NCBI GenBank assembly: GCA_964567645.1
Contig: CAZMNE010000002.1
Span: 1-51,746, forward strand
Origin: an uncultured Gammaproteobacteria bacterium
Lineage (GTDB): Bacteria; Patescibacteriota; Patescibacteriia; Patescibacteriales; UBA12465
DNA: 51,746 bases
Reading direction: 5' to 3'
The notes under the pieces are model-generated. The model made no database searches, was not told where the DNA came from, and saw only the letters and a list, made by a program, of their open reading frames with translations. Numbering within the stretch: the stretch's first letter is position 1; the number at the start of each line of letters is the position of its first letter. Positions 35,252-44,201 of the stretch are shown here, in pieces. Both the position numbers and the translations under genes were made by a program.

Positions 35252-36265
35252 ATGATGGTTAAAAGAATTGGAATTGATTTGGGAACTACTTATACTTTGG
35301 TATACTTACCAAAAAGAGGCGTCGTTATAAATGAGCCAAGCGTGGTGGCTGTTTCTATTGATGATAATAAAGTTTTGGCAGTTGGTAATGAGGCTAAAGA
35401 TATGCTAGGGAGAACTCCTGACACCATTATTGCTTTAAAACCATTGAAAGAAGGAGCTATTGCTGATTATCGCACCACTGAAGCAATGATTCGTTATTTT
35501 ATTAATAAAACTTTAGGAAAAATTAGAATATTTAGGCCAGAGGTTATGGTGGCTGTTCCGGCCGGAATTTCTTCGACTGAAAGAAGGGCTGTTATTGAGG
35601 CTACTATTGCTGCTGGGGCTAAGGCTGCTTATATTATTAAGGAGCCAGTAGCGGCTGCTATTGGGGCTAATATTCCAATTAGCTCAGCCACCGGACATAT
35701 GGTGGTTGACATTGGAGGAGGAACTTCAGAAATGGCGGTTATATCATTAGGCGGAGTGGTTTCTTCTACTTCTGTTCGCGTAGGAGGAAATAAGTTAGAT
35801 TTAGCTATTTTAGAATATATTAGAAAAAAATATGGATTAGTTATCGGAGAGAGAACTGCCGAAGAAATGAAAATTAAAGTTGGTTCAGCTATGTTTTTAG
35901 AAGATGATAATGTTTTGACTATGGAAATAAATGGTCGAGATGCTGTTTCAGGGTTACCAAAAACCATCGAGGTTAATAGTAATGATGTTACTTCGGCCAT
36001 TTCTAGCGAACTAGAAATTATTTTAAATACTGCCAAAAAAATACTTCAACAAACTCCTCCCGAGTTAGTAGCTGATATTATTGACAAGGGGATTGTATTG
36101 ACTGGGGGAACAGCTTTACTTCGAAATATTGATCAGCTGTTTATTCAAGCTATAGGAGTTTCGGCTTATGTAGCTGATGATCCCTTATTGTGTGTAGCTA
36201 AGGGAACCGGAATAGCTTTAGATAATTTAGATTCTTATAAGAGAAGTATTTTAGCAACTAAATAA
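35252..36265 (+). CDS. MreB-family actin homolog, second paralog
   Basis: IGIDLGTTYTLVY...NEPSVVA, DIGGGTSEMAVISL, and LTGGTALL. It is roughly half identical by eye to the mreB at 26122. Confidence 0.9.
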   Translation: MMVKRIGIDLGTTYTLVYLPKRGVVINEPSVVAVSIDDNKVLAVGNEAKDMLGRTPDTIIALKPLKEGAIADYRTTEAMIRYFINKTLGKIRIFRPEVMVAVPAGISSTERRAVIEATIAAGAKAAYIIKEPVAAAIGANIPISSATGHMVVDIGGGTSEMAVISLGGVVSSTSVRVGGNKLDLAILEYIRKKYGLVIGERTAEEMKIKVGSAMFLEDDNVLTMEINGRDAVSGLPKTIEVNSNDVTSAISSELEIILNTAKKILQQTPPELVADIIDKGIVLTGGTALLRNIDQLFIQAIGVSAYVADDPLLCVAKGTGIALDNLDSYKRSILATK

Positions 36266-36268
36266 TTT

Positions 36269-37483
36269 ATGATTATTGGAATAGATGCTTCACGTGCTAA
36301 TAAAAATTTTAAAACTGGAACCGAGTGGTATTCATATTATTTGATTATTAATTTAATTGAATTAGATAGAAAAAATAAATATATTTTATATTCTGATAAG
36401 CCTTTAAATAAGGCTTTTTTAAATAATTTAAATTTAGAAAAAAATAAACATGTTAAAGTTAAGGTTCTAAATTGGCCCTTTAAATATTTATGGACCCTAG
36501 GAAGAATGAGCTTGGAGATGGTTTTTAATCGACCAGATGTTTTGTTTATTCCAGCCCATGTTTTACCATTCTTTTTTCCTAAAAAAACTATCAATACTAT
36601 TCATGACATCGCTTTTGTAAAAAATAATTGCTTGTATAGTCAAGAAATGTCTTTGGAAAATTCTAAAAATTCTGACTTTTGGTTAAATTTTTTAGTTAAA
36701 TTTTTTACCCTTGGTAGATATCAATTTAAATCAACTGACTATTTGAATTGGTCCACTAAATTCGCTCTCAAAAGAGCTAAAAAAATAATTGCTGTTTCTA
36801 ATTTTACAAAAAATGAAATTTTAGATAATTATAAAAAAATTAATTCAGAGAAAATTTCAGTTGTTCATAATGGCTATATTGATAGTTTGTATAAAGTTAT
36901 AGACGATAAAGAATCTACCGAATTTGTTTTTAAAAAATATGGGATTAACTATAAATTCTTTTTATATGTTGGCCGCCTAGAGAAAAAGAAAAACATTTAT
37001 ACCTTAATAGAGGCTTTTAGTATTTATAAAGAAAATAATAATAGTTCAGAAAAATTGGTTTTAATTGGTAGTGCTGGCCATGGTTATGATGAAATGAAGT
37101 ATATGATTGAAGAGCTTGGGATAGAGGAGGATGTTATTATTTTGGGCTGGGTAGACGAAGAGGATTTAGCTTATATTTTTAATAAAGCTGAAGTTTTTAT
37201 TTTTCCGTCCCTATATGAGGGCTTTGGAATCCCGGTGATCCAGGCTATGGCTTGCGGAGCCCCAGTTTTATTATCTGATATTGAGGTTTTGAGAGAAGTG
37301 GCTCAGGAGGCGGCTTTGTTTTTTGATTGTCATAATTCGTCTGAGTTATCTCAAAAAATGGAGTTAATTCAAAATGATAAAAAACTAAAAAATGATTTAA
37401 TAGCTAGAGGTTTATTGCGTTGCCAGAATTTTAGTTGGAAAAAATGCGCCAAAGAAACCCTTGATGTTATAAATAATTTATAA
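36269..37483 (+). CDS. Glycosyltransferase family 4 (GT-B, Glycos_transf_1)
   Basis: C-terminal GT-B signature FIFPSLYEGFGIPVIQAMACGAPVLLSDIEVLREV (the EX7E region). Confidence 0.85.
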   Translation: MIIGIDASRANKNFKTGTEWYSYYLIINLIELDRKNKYILYSDKPLNKAFLNNLNLEKNKHVKVKVLNWPFKYLWTLGRMSLEMVFNRPDVLFIPAHVLPFFFPKKTINTIHDIAFVKNNCLYSQEMSLENSKNSDFWLNFLVKFFTLGRYQFKSTDYLNWSTKFALKRAKKIIAVSNFTKNEILDNYKKINSEKISVVHNGYIDSLYKVIDDKESTEFVFKKYGINYKFFLYVGRLEKKKNIYTLIEAFSIYKENNNSSEKLVLIGSAGHGYDEMKYMIEELGIEEDVIILGWVDEEDLAYIFNKAEVFIFPSLYEGFGIPVIQAMACGAPVLLSDIEVLREVAQEAALFFDCHNSSELSQKMELIQNDKKLKNDLIARGLLRCQNFSWKKCAKETLDVINNL

Positions 37484-37492
37484 TTTTTAAAT

Positions 37493-38554
37493 ATGAATTT
37501 TGTTAAAAAAAATAAAATAATAATTTATATTTTAGCCATAGCGTTGGTTTTATTATTTTTCTTTTTCTTTTCAGTTATAAAAAATTCTGAAAACAATAAT
37601 ATTAATTTAGAAAATAATTCTTCTTCCGTAGATGATTGTCAAAATAATTGCGAAGTTCGTTTGATTGATGGGCAAAAAGTCGAATCAGGAAAAGAAGATC
37701 CCTTCCTTATTTCGGCCGTGATTGATAATCATAGTGATGCTCGTCCTCAATTTGGCCTTTCTCGGGCTGAAGTAGTTTACGATATTCCGGCTGAAGGAGG
37801 TATTAATCGTTATTTAGCTTTTTTCAGATCTGACATAGAAGATAATTTTCAAATAGGACCAATTAGAAGTGCTCGTCCATATTTTTTAGATATTGCCGGC
37901 GAATATCAGTCTTTGCTTTTGCATTGTGGGGGGAGCCCCGAAGCCTTGGCTAGGGCTATTAAAGAAAAATTATTAACTCTAAACGAATTTTATAATGGGC
38001 AATATTATTTAAGGTATTCTGGTTATGCAGCCCCACATAATGTTTTGGCTCAATATGTCTTAATTAAAGATTATTTAAAAGAAAATAATTTTAATAATTC
38101 TAAGTTTATTGCTTGGAAATTTAAAGAGAAAGAAATATTTTCTAATATTGATAGATCTTTAGCAAATTTTAATATTCAGATTAAAAATGGTCAAAGTCAA
38201 TATGATAGCGCTTGGGATTATAATTTAAATAACAATAATTATATAAAAAAAATTGCCGGAGAAGAGCAATTAGATGATTCTGGAGAAAATATAAAAGTTG
38301 ATAATATTATTTTGCAGTTTGTGGATACGGAGATTTTGGATAGCGAATTAAGACTAAGGATTGATTTATTGGGTCAAGGGAAGGCTATAATTTGCTTGGA
38401 CGGGTATTGTCATCAAGGCTATTGGCAAAAGGATAATAACGAAGATAGAACTCGTTATTATTTAGAAACGGGAGAGGAAATTATTTTTAATTCTGGTCAG
38501 ACCTGGATTCATTTAATTGACGAGAGAACCTCTATTAGTATAGAAAATTTTTAA
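37493..38554 (+). CDS. DUF3048-domain protein (YerB-like, membrane-anchored/secreted)
   Basis: N-terminal TM/signal anchor, then VIDNHSDARPQFGLSRAEVVYDIPAEGGINRYLAFF and GPIRSARPYF, which I recognise as the DUF3048 core. Confidence 0.75.
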   Translation: MNFVKKNKIIIYILAIALVLLFFFFFSVIKNSENNNINLENNSSSVDDCQNNCEVRLIDGQKVESGKEDPFLISAVIDNHSDARPQFGLSRAEVVYDIPAEGGINRYLAFFRSDIEDNFQIGPIRSARPYFLDIAGEYQSLLLHCGGSPEALARAIKEKLLTLNEFYNGQYYLRYSGYAAPHNVLAQYVLIKDYLKENNFNNSKFIAWKFKEKEIFSNIDRSLANFNIQIKNGQSQYDSAWDYNLNNNNYIKKIAGEEQLDDSGENIKVDNIILQFVDTEILDSELRLRIDLLGQGKAIICLDGYCHQGYWQKDNNEDRTRYYLETGEEIIFNSGQTWIHLIDERTSISIENF

Positions 38555-38556
38555 AA

Positions 38557-39441
38557 TTATATTTTAGTTATTATTAGTCGATCTCTTTTTGATAGGTCTT
38601 TGATCGTTTTTATTTTAGGATTATATAGTCCTAATTTTTTTTTGGTTAAGTCTCTTAATGGATTTTTTTGCCAAGGGCTTATTTCTTGATAAATAAAGAT
38701 ATTATTATTAGTAGTTTTTATTTTTTTTATTTGAGTTAGTAATTTGCGATAATATTGTAGGCCGTCCATTCCTCCATATAATGCTGTGTAGGGTTCATGT
38801 TTGATGCTAGGGGATTCTTTAATTTCTTTTTTTGTTAAATATGGCAAATTGGCTAATATTATTATATCTATATTTTTTTCTTCATTAAGATTTTTAATAA
38901 TTGGTTCCAGTAGATCGCCAGAAATAAATTTTATTTTTTTATTTAATTGATGTTTTTTAGAGTTTTTTTGAGCCACCTTAATAGCTAGGGGGCTAATATC
39001 AATCCCTAGATACTTTATATTATCTTGTTTTTTTAAATTGTGAGCCAAGCTTAAAATTAAACAACCAGAGCCGGTTCCAATATCGATAATTATTTTTTTA
39101 CCTTGATTTTTGTTTTTAATTTCTTGAAGAACTTGTTCAATTATTAATTCACTTTCTGGACGGGGGATTAAGGTGTCTTTATTTACAAAAAAACTTAAAT
39201 TATAAAAATTTTTTTCTTTTAATAAATAAGCCATTGGTTCTCCAGCTAATCTTTTTCTTGTTAAATTATTTATTTGATTGTTTTGTTTTTTATTAATTTC
39301 TTTTTTATCATTAATAAATAATTGTTCTCGGTTTATTTTTAAAACAAAAGAAATTATTAATTCGGCCTCTAGTTGATAGGACTTAATTTTTGATTTTTTT
39401 AAGTCTTTAGATATTTTTATAAGTTTATTTTTGATAGTCAT
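38557..39441 (-). CDS. prmC: Release-factor glutamine N5-methyltransferase PrmC/HemK
   Basis: LAGEPMAYLLKEKNFY, RPESE, SAM motif IDIGTGSGCL, the catalytic-loop position reading NLPY (canonical NPPY), and HEPYTALYGGMDGLQYYR. It lies downstream of prfA. Confidence 0.85.
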   Translation of the reverse strand: MTIKNKLIKISKDLKKSKIKSYQLEAELIISFVLKINREQLFINDKKEINKKQNNQINNLTRKRLAGEPMAYLLKEKNFYNLSFFVNKDTLIPRPESELIIEQVLQEIKNKNQGKKIIIDIGTGSGCLILSLAHNLKKQDNIKYLGIDISPLAIKVAQKNSKKHQLNKKIKFISGDLLEPIIKNLNEEKNIDIIILANLPYLTKKEIKESPSIKHEPYTALYGGMDGLQYYRKLLTQIKKIKTTNNNIFIYQEISPWQKNPLRDLTKKKLGLYNPKIKTIKDLSKRDRLIITKI

Positions 39442-39469
39442 TTTTAATTAGCAAAAATCCTAAGGTTAA

Positions 39470-40510
39470 TTAGGATTTTTGGTTTTTCAAGTCATTTATA
39501 ATCTCTTCTATATCCCCCTCCATTATTTCATTGATATTGTGCCAAGATTTGTTGATTCGATGATCGGTTATTCTGTTTTGAGGAAAATTATATGTTCTTA
39601 TTTTGTCACTACGGTCTCCTTTTCCGACCTGCTCCTTTCTTTCTTTGGTTTCTCTTTCAGCTCTTTCATTTTCTATTTTAGCTAAAAGTCTTGATCTCAG
39701 TATTTGCATGGCTTTTTCTTTGTTTTGGTGTTGAGATTTTTGATCTTGGCAACTAACTACTAAGCCAGTGGGAATATGAGTAATGCGAATAGCTGAATAG
39801 GTGGTATTAACGCTTTGCCCTCCGGGGCCAGAAGAACAAAAAGTATCAATTCTTATTTCGTTAGGTTCAATTTTTACATCAGCTTCCTCAGCCTCGGGCA
39901 TAACTATTACTGTTGAGGTGGAAGTGTGAACCCTCCCTTGTTTTTCTGTTTCTGGGACCCTTTGAACTCGATGAGTTCCAGCTTCATATTTTAAATAACC
40001 ATAAACATTCTCCCCAATTATCGAAAAGATTATTTCTTTATATCCGCCAATTCCAATAGAGCTAGAGCTTAAAATTTCAGTTTTCCATCCCTTTTTTTCA
40101 GCAAATTTTAAATACATTCTAAATAATTCGGCTGTAAATAGGGCTCCTTCGTCTCCTCCGGCGCCAGATCTAATTTCCATAATAATATCTTTTTTATCGT
40201 TGGGGTCAGCTGGGTTTAATTCTTCGTGTAATATTTTTTCCAATTTTTCTTTTTCTTTTTCCATTTCGATCACTTCCTCTTGGGCCATTTTGGACAATTC
40301 GGAAGATCCTTCATTTTTAATAATTTCTTGATTATCTTTAATATTGGTATTTAATTTCTCAACCTCTATCACCAAATTATATACTTTTTTAATCAAGGAG
40401 TGTTCTTTAGCTATTTTAGTTAATTCGTTAGGATTGGAAAGCAGCTTTGGATCAGATAATTTTTTTTCTAGTTTTTGAAATTTATTTTTAATTTCTAAAA
40501 AATTTTCCAT
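39470..40510 (-). CDS. prfA: Peptide chain release factor 1
   Basis: RF1-type tripeptide region [16 protein letters not shown] and the GGQ motif [12 protein letters not shown] place the start at M16 (MENFLEIKN, 40510) because the longer track ORF would run through the rpmE terminator hairpin. Confidence 0.95.
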   Translation of the reverse strand: MENFLEIKNKFQKLEKKLSDPKLLSNPNELTKIAKEHSLIKKVYNLVIEVEKLNTNIKDNQEIIKNEGSSELSKMAQEEVIEMEKEKEKLEKILHEELNPADPNDKKDIIMEIRSGAGGDEGALFTAELFRMYLKFAEKKGWKTEILSSSSIGIGGYKEIIFSIIGENVYGYLKYEAGTHRVQRVPETEKQGRVHTSTSTVIVMPEAEEADVKIEPNEIRIDTFCSSGPGGQSVNTTYSAIRITHIPTGLVVSCQDQKSQHQNKEKAMQILRSRLLAKIENERAERETKERKEQVGKGDRSDKIRTYNFPQNRITDHRINKSWHNINEIMEGDIEEIINDLKNQKS

Positions 40511-40540
40511 ATTTTTAATTAATATTTTTTTATTTAGATA

Positions 40541-40572
40541 AAATAAAAGCCCCAAAATTGGCGCTTTTATTT
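40541..40572 (-). terminator. Possible intrinsic terminator or attenuating hairpin after rpmE
   Basis: Stem 40545-40553 / 40560-40568 (AAAAGCCCC / GGCGCTTTT) with one C-C mismatch, followed by a U-run on the minus strand. Confidence 0.35.
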
Positions 40573-40586
40573 TTTATTTAAAATAG

Positions 40587-40859
40587 TTATTTATTCTTTT
40601 CGGCTTTTTTCTGAGATTTTTCAGCTCTTTTAGTAGTTTTACTTTTTTTGTTGTCATCTTTTTTTTCTAATTTAGCTTTAAATTTGCTAACTCGATTAGC
40701 AGTATCAACTAATTTTTGTTTTCCTGTATAAAAAGGGTGACAATTAGAGCAGAGTTCAGTTTTTATTTCTGACTCAATTGATCCAGTTTCCATAACAAAA
40801 CCACAAGCGCAAATAGCCTTGATTTTGTTGTTATATTTTGGGTGAATATCTTTTTTCAT
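40587..40859 (-). CDS. rpmE: 50S ribosomal protein L31 (Zn-binding type A) with a Lys-rich C-terminal extension
   Basis: MKKDIHPKY start, Cys pairs CAC and [10 protein letters not shown], then a lysine-rich tail of about 25 aa ([30 protein letters not shown]). Confidence 0.9.
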   Translation of the reverse strand: MKKDIHPKYNNKIKAICACGFVMETGSIESEIKTELCSNCHPFYTGKQKLVDTANRVSKFKAKLEKKDDNKKSKTTKRAEKSQKKAEKNK

Positions 40860-40961
40860 ATTTATTTATTTATTTTATAACAATAAAAAACCCCCAGATT
40901 AATGGGTATTTTTTATAATATCATAACAATAAAAATAAATCAATAGCTTTAAACTTTCAGC

Positions 40962-40990
40962 TTGATTTATGAGTTTTAAGGTGTTAATAT
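40962..40990 (+). promoter_or_regulatory. Sigma70-like promoter upstream of the rml operon
   Basis: TTGATT (40962-40967), a 17-nt spacer, then TAATAT (40985-40990), 30 nt upstream of the rmlC ATG. Confidence 0.4.
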
Positions 40991-41019
40991 TTTAATACTT
41001 ATAATTTATCTATAATAAT

Positions 41020-41472
41020 ATGATTAAAGATGTCATTATTAAAAATTTAAACCAATATCATGATGATCGTGGTTGGTTAAGTGAAGTATATCGTCAAGAT
41101 GAGGTTACTTATCATCCAGTCATGGCCTATATTAGTGTTACTAAACCGGGAGTGGTGCGTGGTCCACATGAACATGTTTATCAAAGTGATTGTTTTGTTT
41201 TTGTGGGTCCGGGCTCTTTTGAGCTTCATCTTTGGGATAGAAGAAAGGGAAGTGAAACCGAAGGTCAGCATTTCAAGTCTATAATGGGGGAAGAAAACCC
41301 AACCATGGTAATTGTTCCTCCGGGAGTTGTTCATGGCTACAAGGCTATTGGTAATAAAGACTCTTATTGTCTAAATTTTCCCGATAAATTATATAAAGGA
41401 GAAGGTAAAAAAGAGGAAATAGATGAAATTCGATGGGAACAAGACCCTGATTCTCCTTATAAAATAGATTAA
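41020..41472 (+). CDS. rmlC: dTDP-4-dehydrorhamnose 3,5-epimerase (short cupin-type RmlC)
   Basis: HDDRGWLSEVYR, VRGPHEH, and VPPGVVHGYKAIG cupin motifs, plus its position at the head of rmlB-rmlD-rmlA. Confidence 0.8.
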   Translation: MIKDVIIKNLNQYHDDRGWLSEVYRQDEVTYHPVMAYISVTKPGVVRGPHEHVYQSDCFVFVGPGSFELHLWDRRKGSETEGQHFKSIMGEENPTMVIVPPGVVHGYKAIGNKDSYCLNFPDKLYKGEGKKEEIDEIRWEQDPDSPYKID

Positions 41473-41554
41473 AATTAGATATTAGATATTTTTATCTTTA
41501 CGAAGCCTCTTTATTATAGTATAATTGTTTTGTAATATAAATAATGATTTTATT

Positions 41555-42526
41555 ATGTTAAAAATTCTTGTAACTGGCGGAGCTGGTTTTATTGGGTCTA
41601 ATTTTATTAGATATTGGCTCAAAAATAATCCCGATGATTATATCATTAACCTAGATAAATTAACTTACGCTGGTAATTTAGACAATTTAATAGATATTTC
41701 TGAAAATAGTAATTATAAGTTTATTGAGGGGGATATTTGTGATTTTGATTTGGTTAATAAAATTATTTCCGGGGTTGATTTAATTGTTCATTTTGCAGCT
41801 GAGAGTCATGTTGATAGGTCTATAAAAAATAGCGCTGATTTTATTAAAACGAACATAGAGGGGACTAGAATATTATTAGAAGCTGCTAAAAATAACGGAA
41901 ATATTAGATTTCATCACGTTTCTACAGATGAAGTTTTTGGTTCTTTAGAAATTAATAGCCCTAAATTTAATGAGAAAACGCCTTATGATCCTCGATCTCC
42001 TTATAGTGCTTCTAAAGCAGCCTCTGATCATTTGGTTAGAGCTTATTTTCATACTCATGGGCTTCCAATCACGATATCAAATTGTTCTAATAATTATGGT
42101 CCCTATCAATTTCCCGAAAAACTTATTCCTTTGTTTGTTACTAACTTAATAGAAGAAAAAAAGGTTCCAGTTTATGGAAGCGGCCAAAATGTTAGAGACT
42201 GGATTCATGTTGATGATCATAATCGAGGAGTTGAGATGATTATTAAGAAGGGGGTAATTGGAGAAACTTATTGCCTAGGCGGTGATAGTGAAGTAAAAAA
42301 TATTGATATTACTAAAAATATTTTAGAATTGATGGGGCAGGGAGAGGAAAAAATTGAATATGTGGCTGATAGACTGGGGCATGATTTGAGATATGCCATA
42401 GATTTTTCTAAGGCCAAAAAAGAATTAGGCTGGAGTCCGCAAATCAATTTTCTTGATGGTTTGAAAACTACGATTGATTGGTATAAAAATAATATTGTTT
42501 GGTGGCAAAAATTAAAAAATAGATAA
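41555..42526 (+). CDS. rmlB: dTDP-glucose 4,6-dehydratase
   Basis: ILVTGGAGFIGSNF, DKLTYAGN, HFAAESHVDRS, STDEVFG, and the catalytic YSASKAASDH. I prefer the ATG at 41555 to the TTG at 41525. Confidence 0.95.
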   Translation: MLKILVTGGAGFIGSNFIRYWLKNNPDDYIINLDKLTYAGNLDNLIDISENSNYKFIEGDICDFDLVNKIISGVDLIVHFAAESHVDRSIKNSADFIKTNIEGTRILLEAAKNNGNIRFHHVSTDEVFGSLEINSPKFNEKTPYDPRSPYSASKAASDHLVRAYFHTHGLPITISNCSNNYGPYQFPEKLIPLFVTNLIEEKKVPVYGSGQNVRDWIHVDDHNRGVEMIIKKGVIGETYCLGGDSEVKNIDITKNILELMGQGEEKIEYVADRLGHDLRYAIDFSKAKKELGWSPQINFLDGLKTTIDWYKNNIVWWQKLKNR

Positions 42527-42533
42527 TTAAAAT

Positions 42534-43454
42534 ATGAAAAAAATATTAATTTTGGGCGCTAATGGTAATCTAGGTAGTCAGCTGGTAAAAGAGTTTTCTA
42601 GTTTTTCTGACTATAAAGTTTATGGCTTTGATAGATCTGATTTAGATTTATTAGAATATAATTTAATAATACCAAAAATTTCCAAAATTAAACCAGATAT
42701 TATTATAAATACTTCGGCCTATAATGCCGTTGATAAGTGTGAAGAGTTTGAGAATGAGTTTAGATTAGCGCAAAAAATAAATGGTGAATCTTTAAGGTAT
42801 CTAGGCAAGGCTGCTATTTCTAATAATTCTATTTTGGTTCATTATTCAACGGATTATGTTTTCGGTGGTGATATTTGTAAAGATGATGGTTGTGAGACAG
42901 AGTGTTTTTTAAAAACCAAAGAAAAAGGTGGTTTTACTGAAGATGATAAACAATGTCCAGTTAATAAATATGGTTTAACTAAAATGTCCGGTGAGATTGA
43001 ATTACAAAGATTGGCTAATAAAAAATTAAAATATTATATTATTAGAACTTCAAAATTATTTGGACCTAAGGGAAAATCTTTAGATTCTAAAGAAAATTTT
43101 TTTGATATAATGTTAAATATTTCTCAAGATCGTTCTGAGATCCAGGTTGTTAATGAAGAATTAAGTTGTTTTACTTATACTCCTGATTTAGCTAAAAAAA
43201 CAATTGAATTACTAAATAGTCAAAATAATTTTGGAATATATCATATTAGAAATAGTGAGCCAGCTATTTGGTATGACGCTGCCAGAGAGTTATTTAAATT
43301 AAAAAATATTAAGGTAAAAATTAAACCAGTTTCATCTGATAAATTTCCTCGCCCAGCTAAGAGGCCAAAATATTCGGTTTTGGCTAATACTAAATTAACA
43401 AATTTAAGAAGTTGGCAAGAGGCTTTGCAAGAATATATAAAAAATTATAAATAA
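42534..43454 (+). CDS. rmlD: dTDP-4-dehydrorhamnose reductase with a Cys-rich insertion
   Basis: ILILGANGNLGSQL, INTSAYNAVDKCE, YSTDYVFGG, YGLTKMSGE (catalytic YxxxK), and a C-terminal FPRPAKRPKYSVL. Confidence 0.85.
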   Translation: MKKILILGANGNLGSQLVKEFSSFSDYKVYGFDRSDLDLLEYNLIIPKISKIKPDIIINTSAYNAVDKCEEFENEFRLAQKINGESLRYLGKAAISNNSILVHYSTDYVFGGDICKDDGCETECFLKTKEKGGFTEDDKQCPVNKYGLTKMSGEIELQRLANKKLKYYIIRTSKLFGPKGKSLDSKENFFDIMLNISQDRSEIQVVNEELSCFTYTPDLAKKTIELLNSQNNFGIYHIRNSEPAIWYDAARELFKLKNIKVKIKPVSSDKFPRPAKRPKYSVLANTKLTNLRSWQEALQEYIKNYK

Positions 43455-43472
43455 AATTTAATTATAAAGAAT

Positions 43473-44198
43473 ATGAAAGGAATAGTTTTGTCCGGAGGAA
43501 GTGCTACTCGCCTTCGTCCTTGTACCAAGGTCACATCTAAGCAATTATTACCGGTCTATAATAGGCCTATGATTTATTATCCTCTTAACACCCTAATAAA
43601 AGCTGGTATTAAGGATATTTTGATTATAGTTTCCCCAGAACAAGCTGGTCATTATTTAAATTTATTGGGTAGTGGTAAGGATTTTGGTGTAAAATTTACT
43701 TACGAAATTCAAGATAAACCAGAAGGGCTAGCTCAATCCTTTATTATTGGAAAGAATTTTATTGATGATGATAGTGTTTGTATGATTTTGGGTGATAATA
43801 TATTTGAAGATGATTTCACTGAGGATATAAAAAACTTTTCCGGGGGAGCCAAAGTGTTTGCTAAGCAAGTTCCTGATCCCGAAAGATTTGGTGTGGTGGA
43901 GTTTGATAAAAATAAAAAGGCTATTTCCATTGAAGAAAAACCAACTCAACCAAGATCAAATTATTGCGTTACTGGTCTTTATATTTATGATAACAAAATA
44001 GTAGATATCGCTCAAAATTTAAAGCCATCACCTCGTGGAGAATTGGAAATAACTGATGTTAATAAAATTTATTTAGAAAAAGGTGAGTTGGAGGTTGCTA
44101 TGGTTAATGGTGCCTGGATAGACGCTGGAACTTTTGATAGTTTATTAGAGGCTCAAATTTTAGCTAAAGAGAAATTGCAAGATAAATTAATTATTTAA
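43473..44198 (+). CDS. rmlA: Glucose-1-phosphate thymidylyltransferase (short form)
   Basis: [67 protein letters not shown], and ERFGVVEFD. It is 241 aa, shorter than the ~290-aa enterobacterial type. Confidence 0.85.
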   Translation: MKGIVLSGGSATRLRPCTKVTSKQLLPVYNRPMIYYPLNTLIKAGIKDILIIVSPEQAGHYLNLLGSGKDFGVKFTYEIQDKPEGLAQSFIIGKNFIDDDSVCMILGDNIFEDDFTEDIKNFSGGAKVFAKQVPDPERFGVVEFDKNKKAISIEEKPTQPRSNYCVTGLYIYDNKIVDIAQNLKPSPRGELEITDVNKIYLEKGELEVAMVNGAWIDAGTFDSLLEAQILAKEKLQDKLII

Positions 44199-44201
44199 AA
44201 T

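Noticed and set aside
35629-36036. 135-aa ORF antisense to the second mreB.
   Set aside because: It is a shadow of a strongly supported actin-fold gene, and there are no independent signals for it.
39470-40510. Possibility of an alternative genetic code (UGA=Gly, code 25, as in Gracilibacteria/SR1), given the CPR-like character and the fact that only RF1 is visible here.
   Set aside because: All conserved genes translate full-length with the standard table, with no in-frame TGA breaks. Family N- and C-termini line up with the ORF ends. Nothing in this window calls for recoding; prfB is probably just elsewhere.
40587-40670. The Lys-rich C-terminal tail of L31, and the similar basic tails elsewhere, as a possible fused extra domain.
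   Set aside because: It is a low-complexity K/E/A tail with no motif. Basic extensions on ribosomal proteins are common in AT-rich genomes, so I note it in the feature entry only.
152-43949. The remaining roughly 25 short (61-107 aa) track ORFs that overlap larger genes. Most are antisense: 152-337, 2454-2741, 3434-3757, 5715-5984, 6411-6713, 6847-7164, 7550-7753, 9779-10169, 11595-11780, 13940-14125, 15934-16131, 17123-17425, 19297-19482, 19732-19962, 22146-22424, 29636-29839, 33431-33652, 34690-34893, 36337-36594, 39479-39685, 41077-41334, 43728-43949. Two are same-strand, out-of-frame ORFs: 25147-25350 and 41081-41284.
   Set aside because: Each lies within or largely overlaps a well-supported gene, on the opposite strand or out of frame. 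Their translations are compositionally biased, and none has a recognisable motif or the AT-rich start context seen at real genes.
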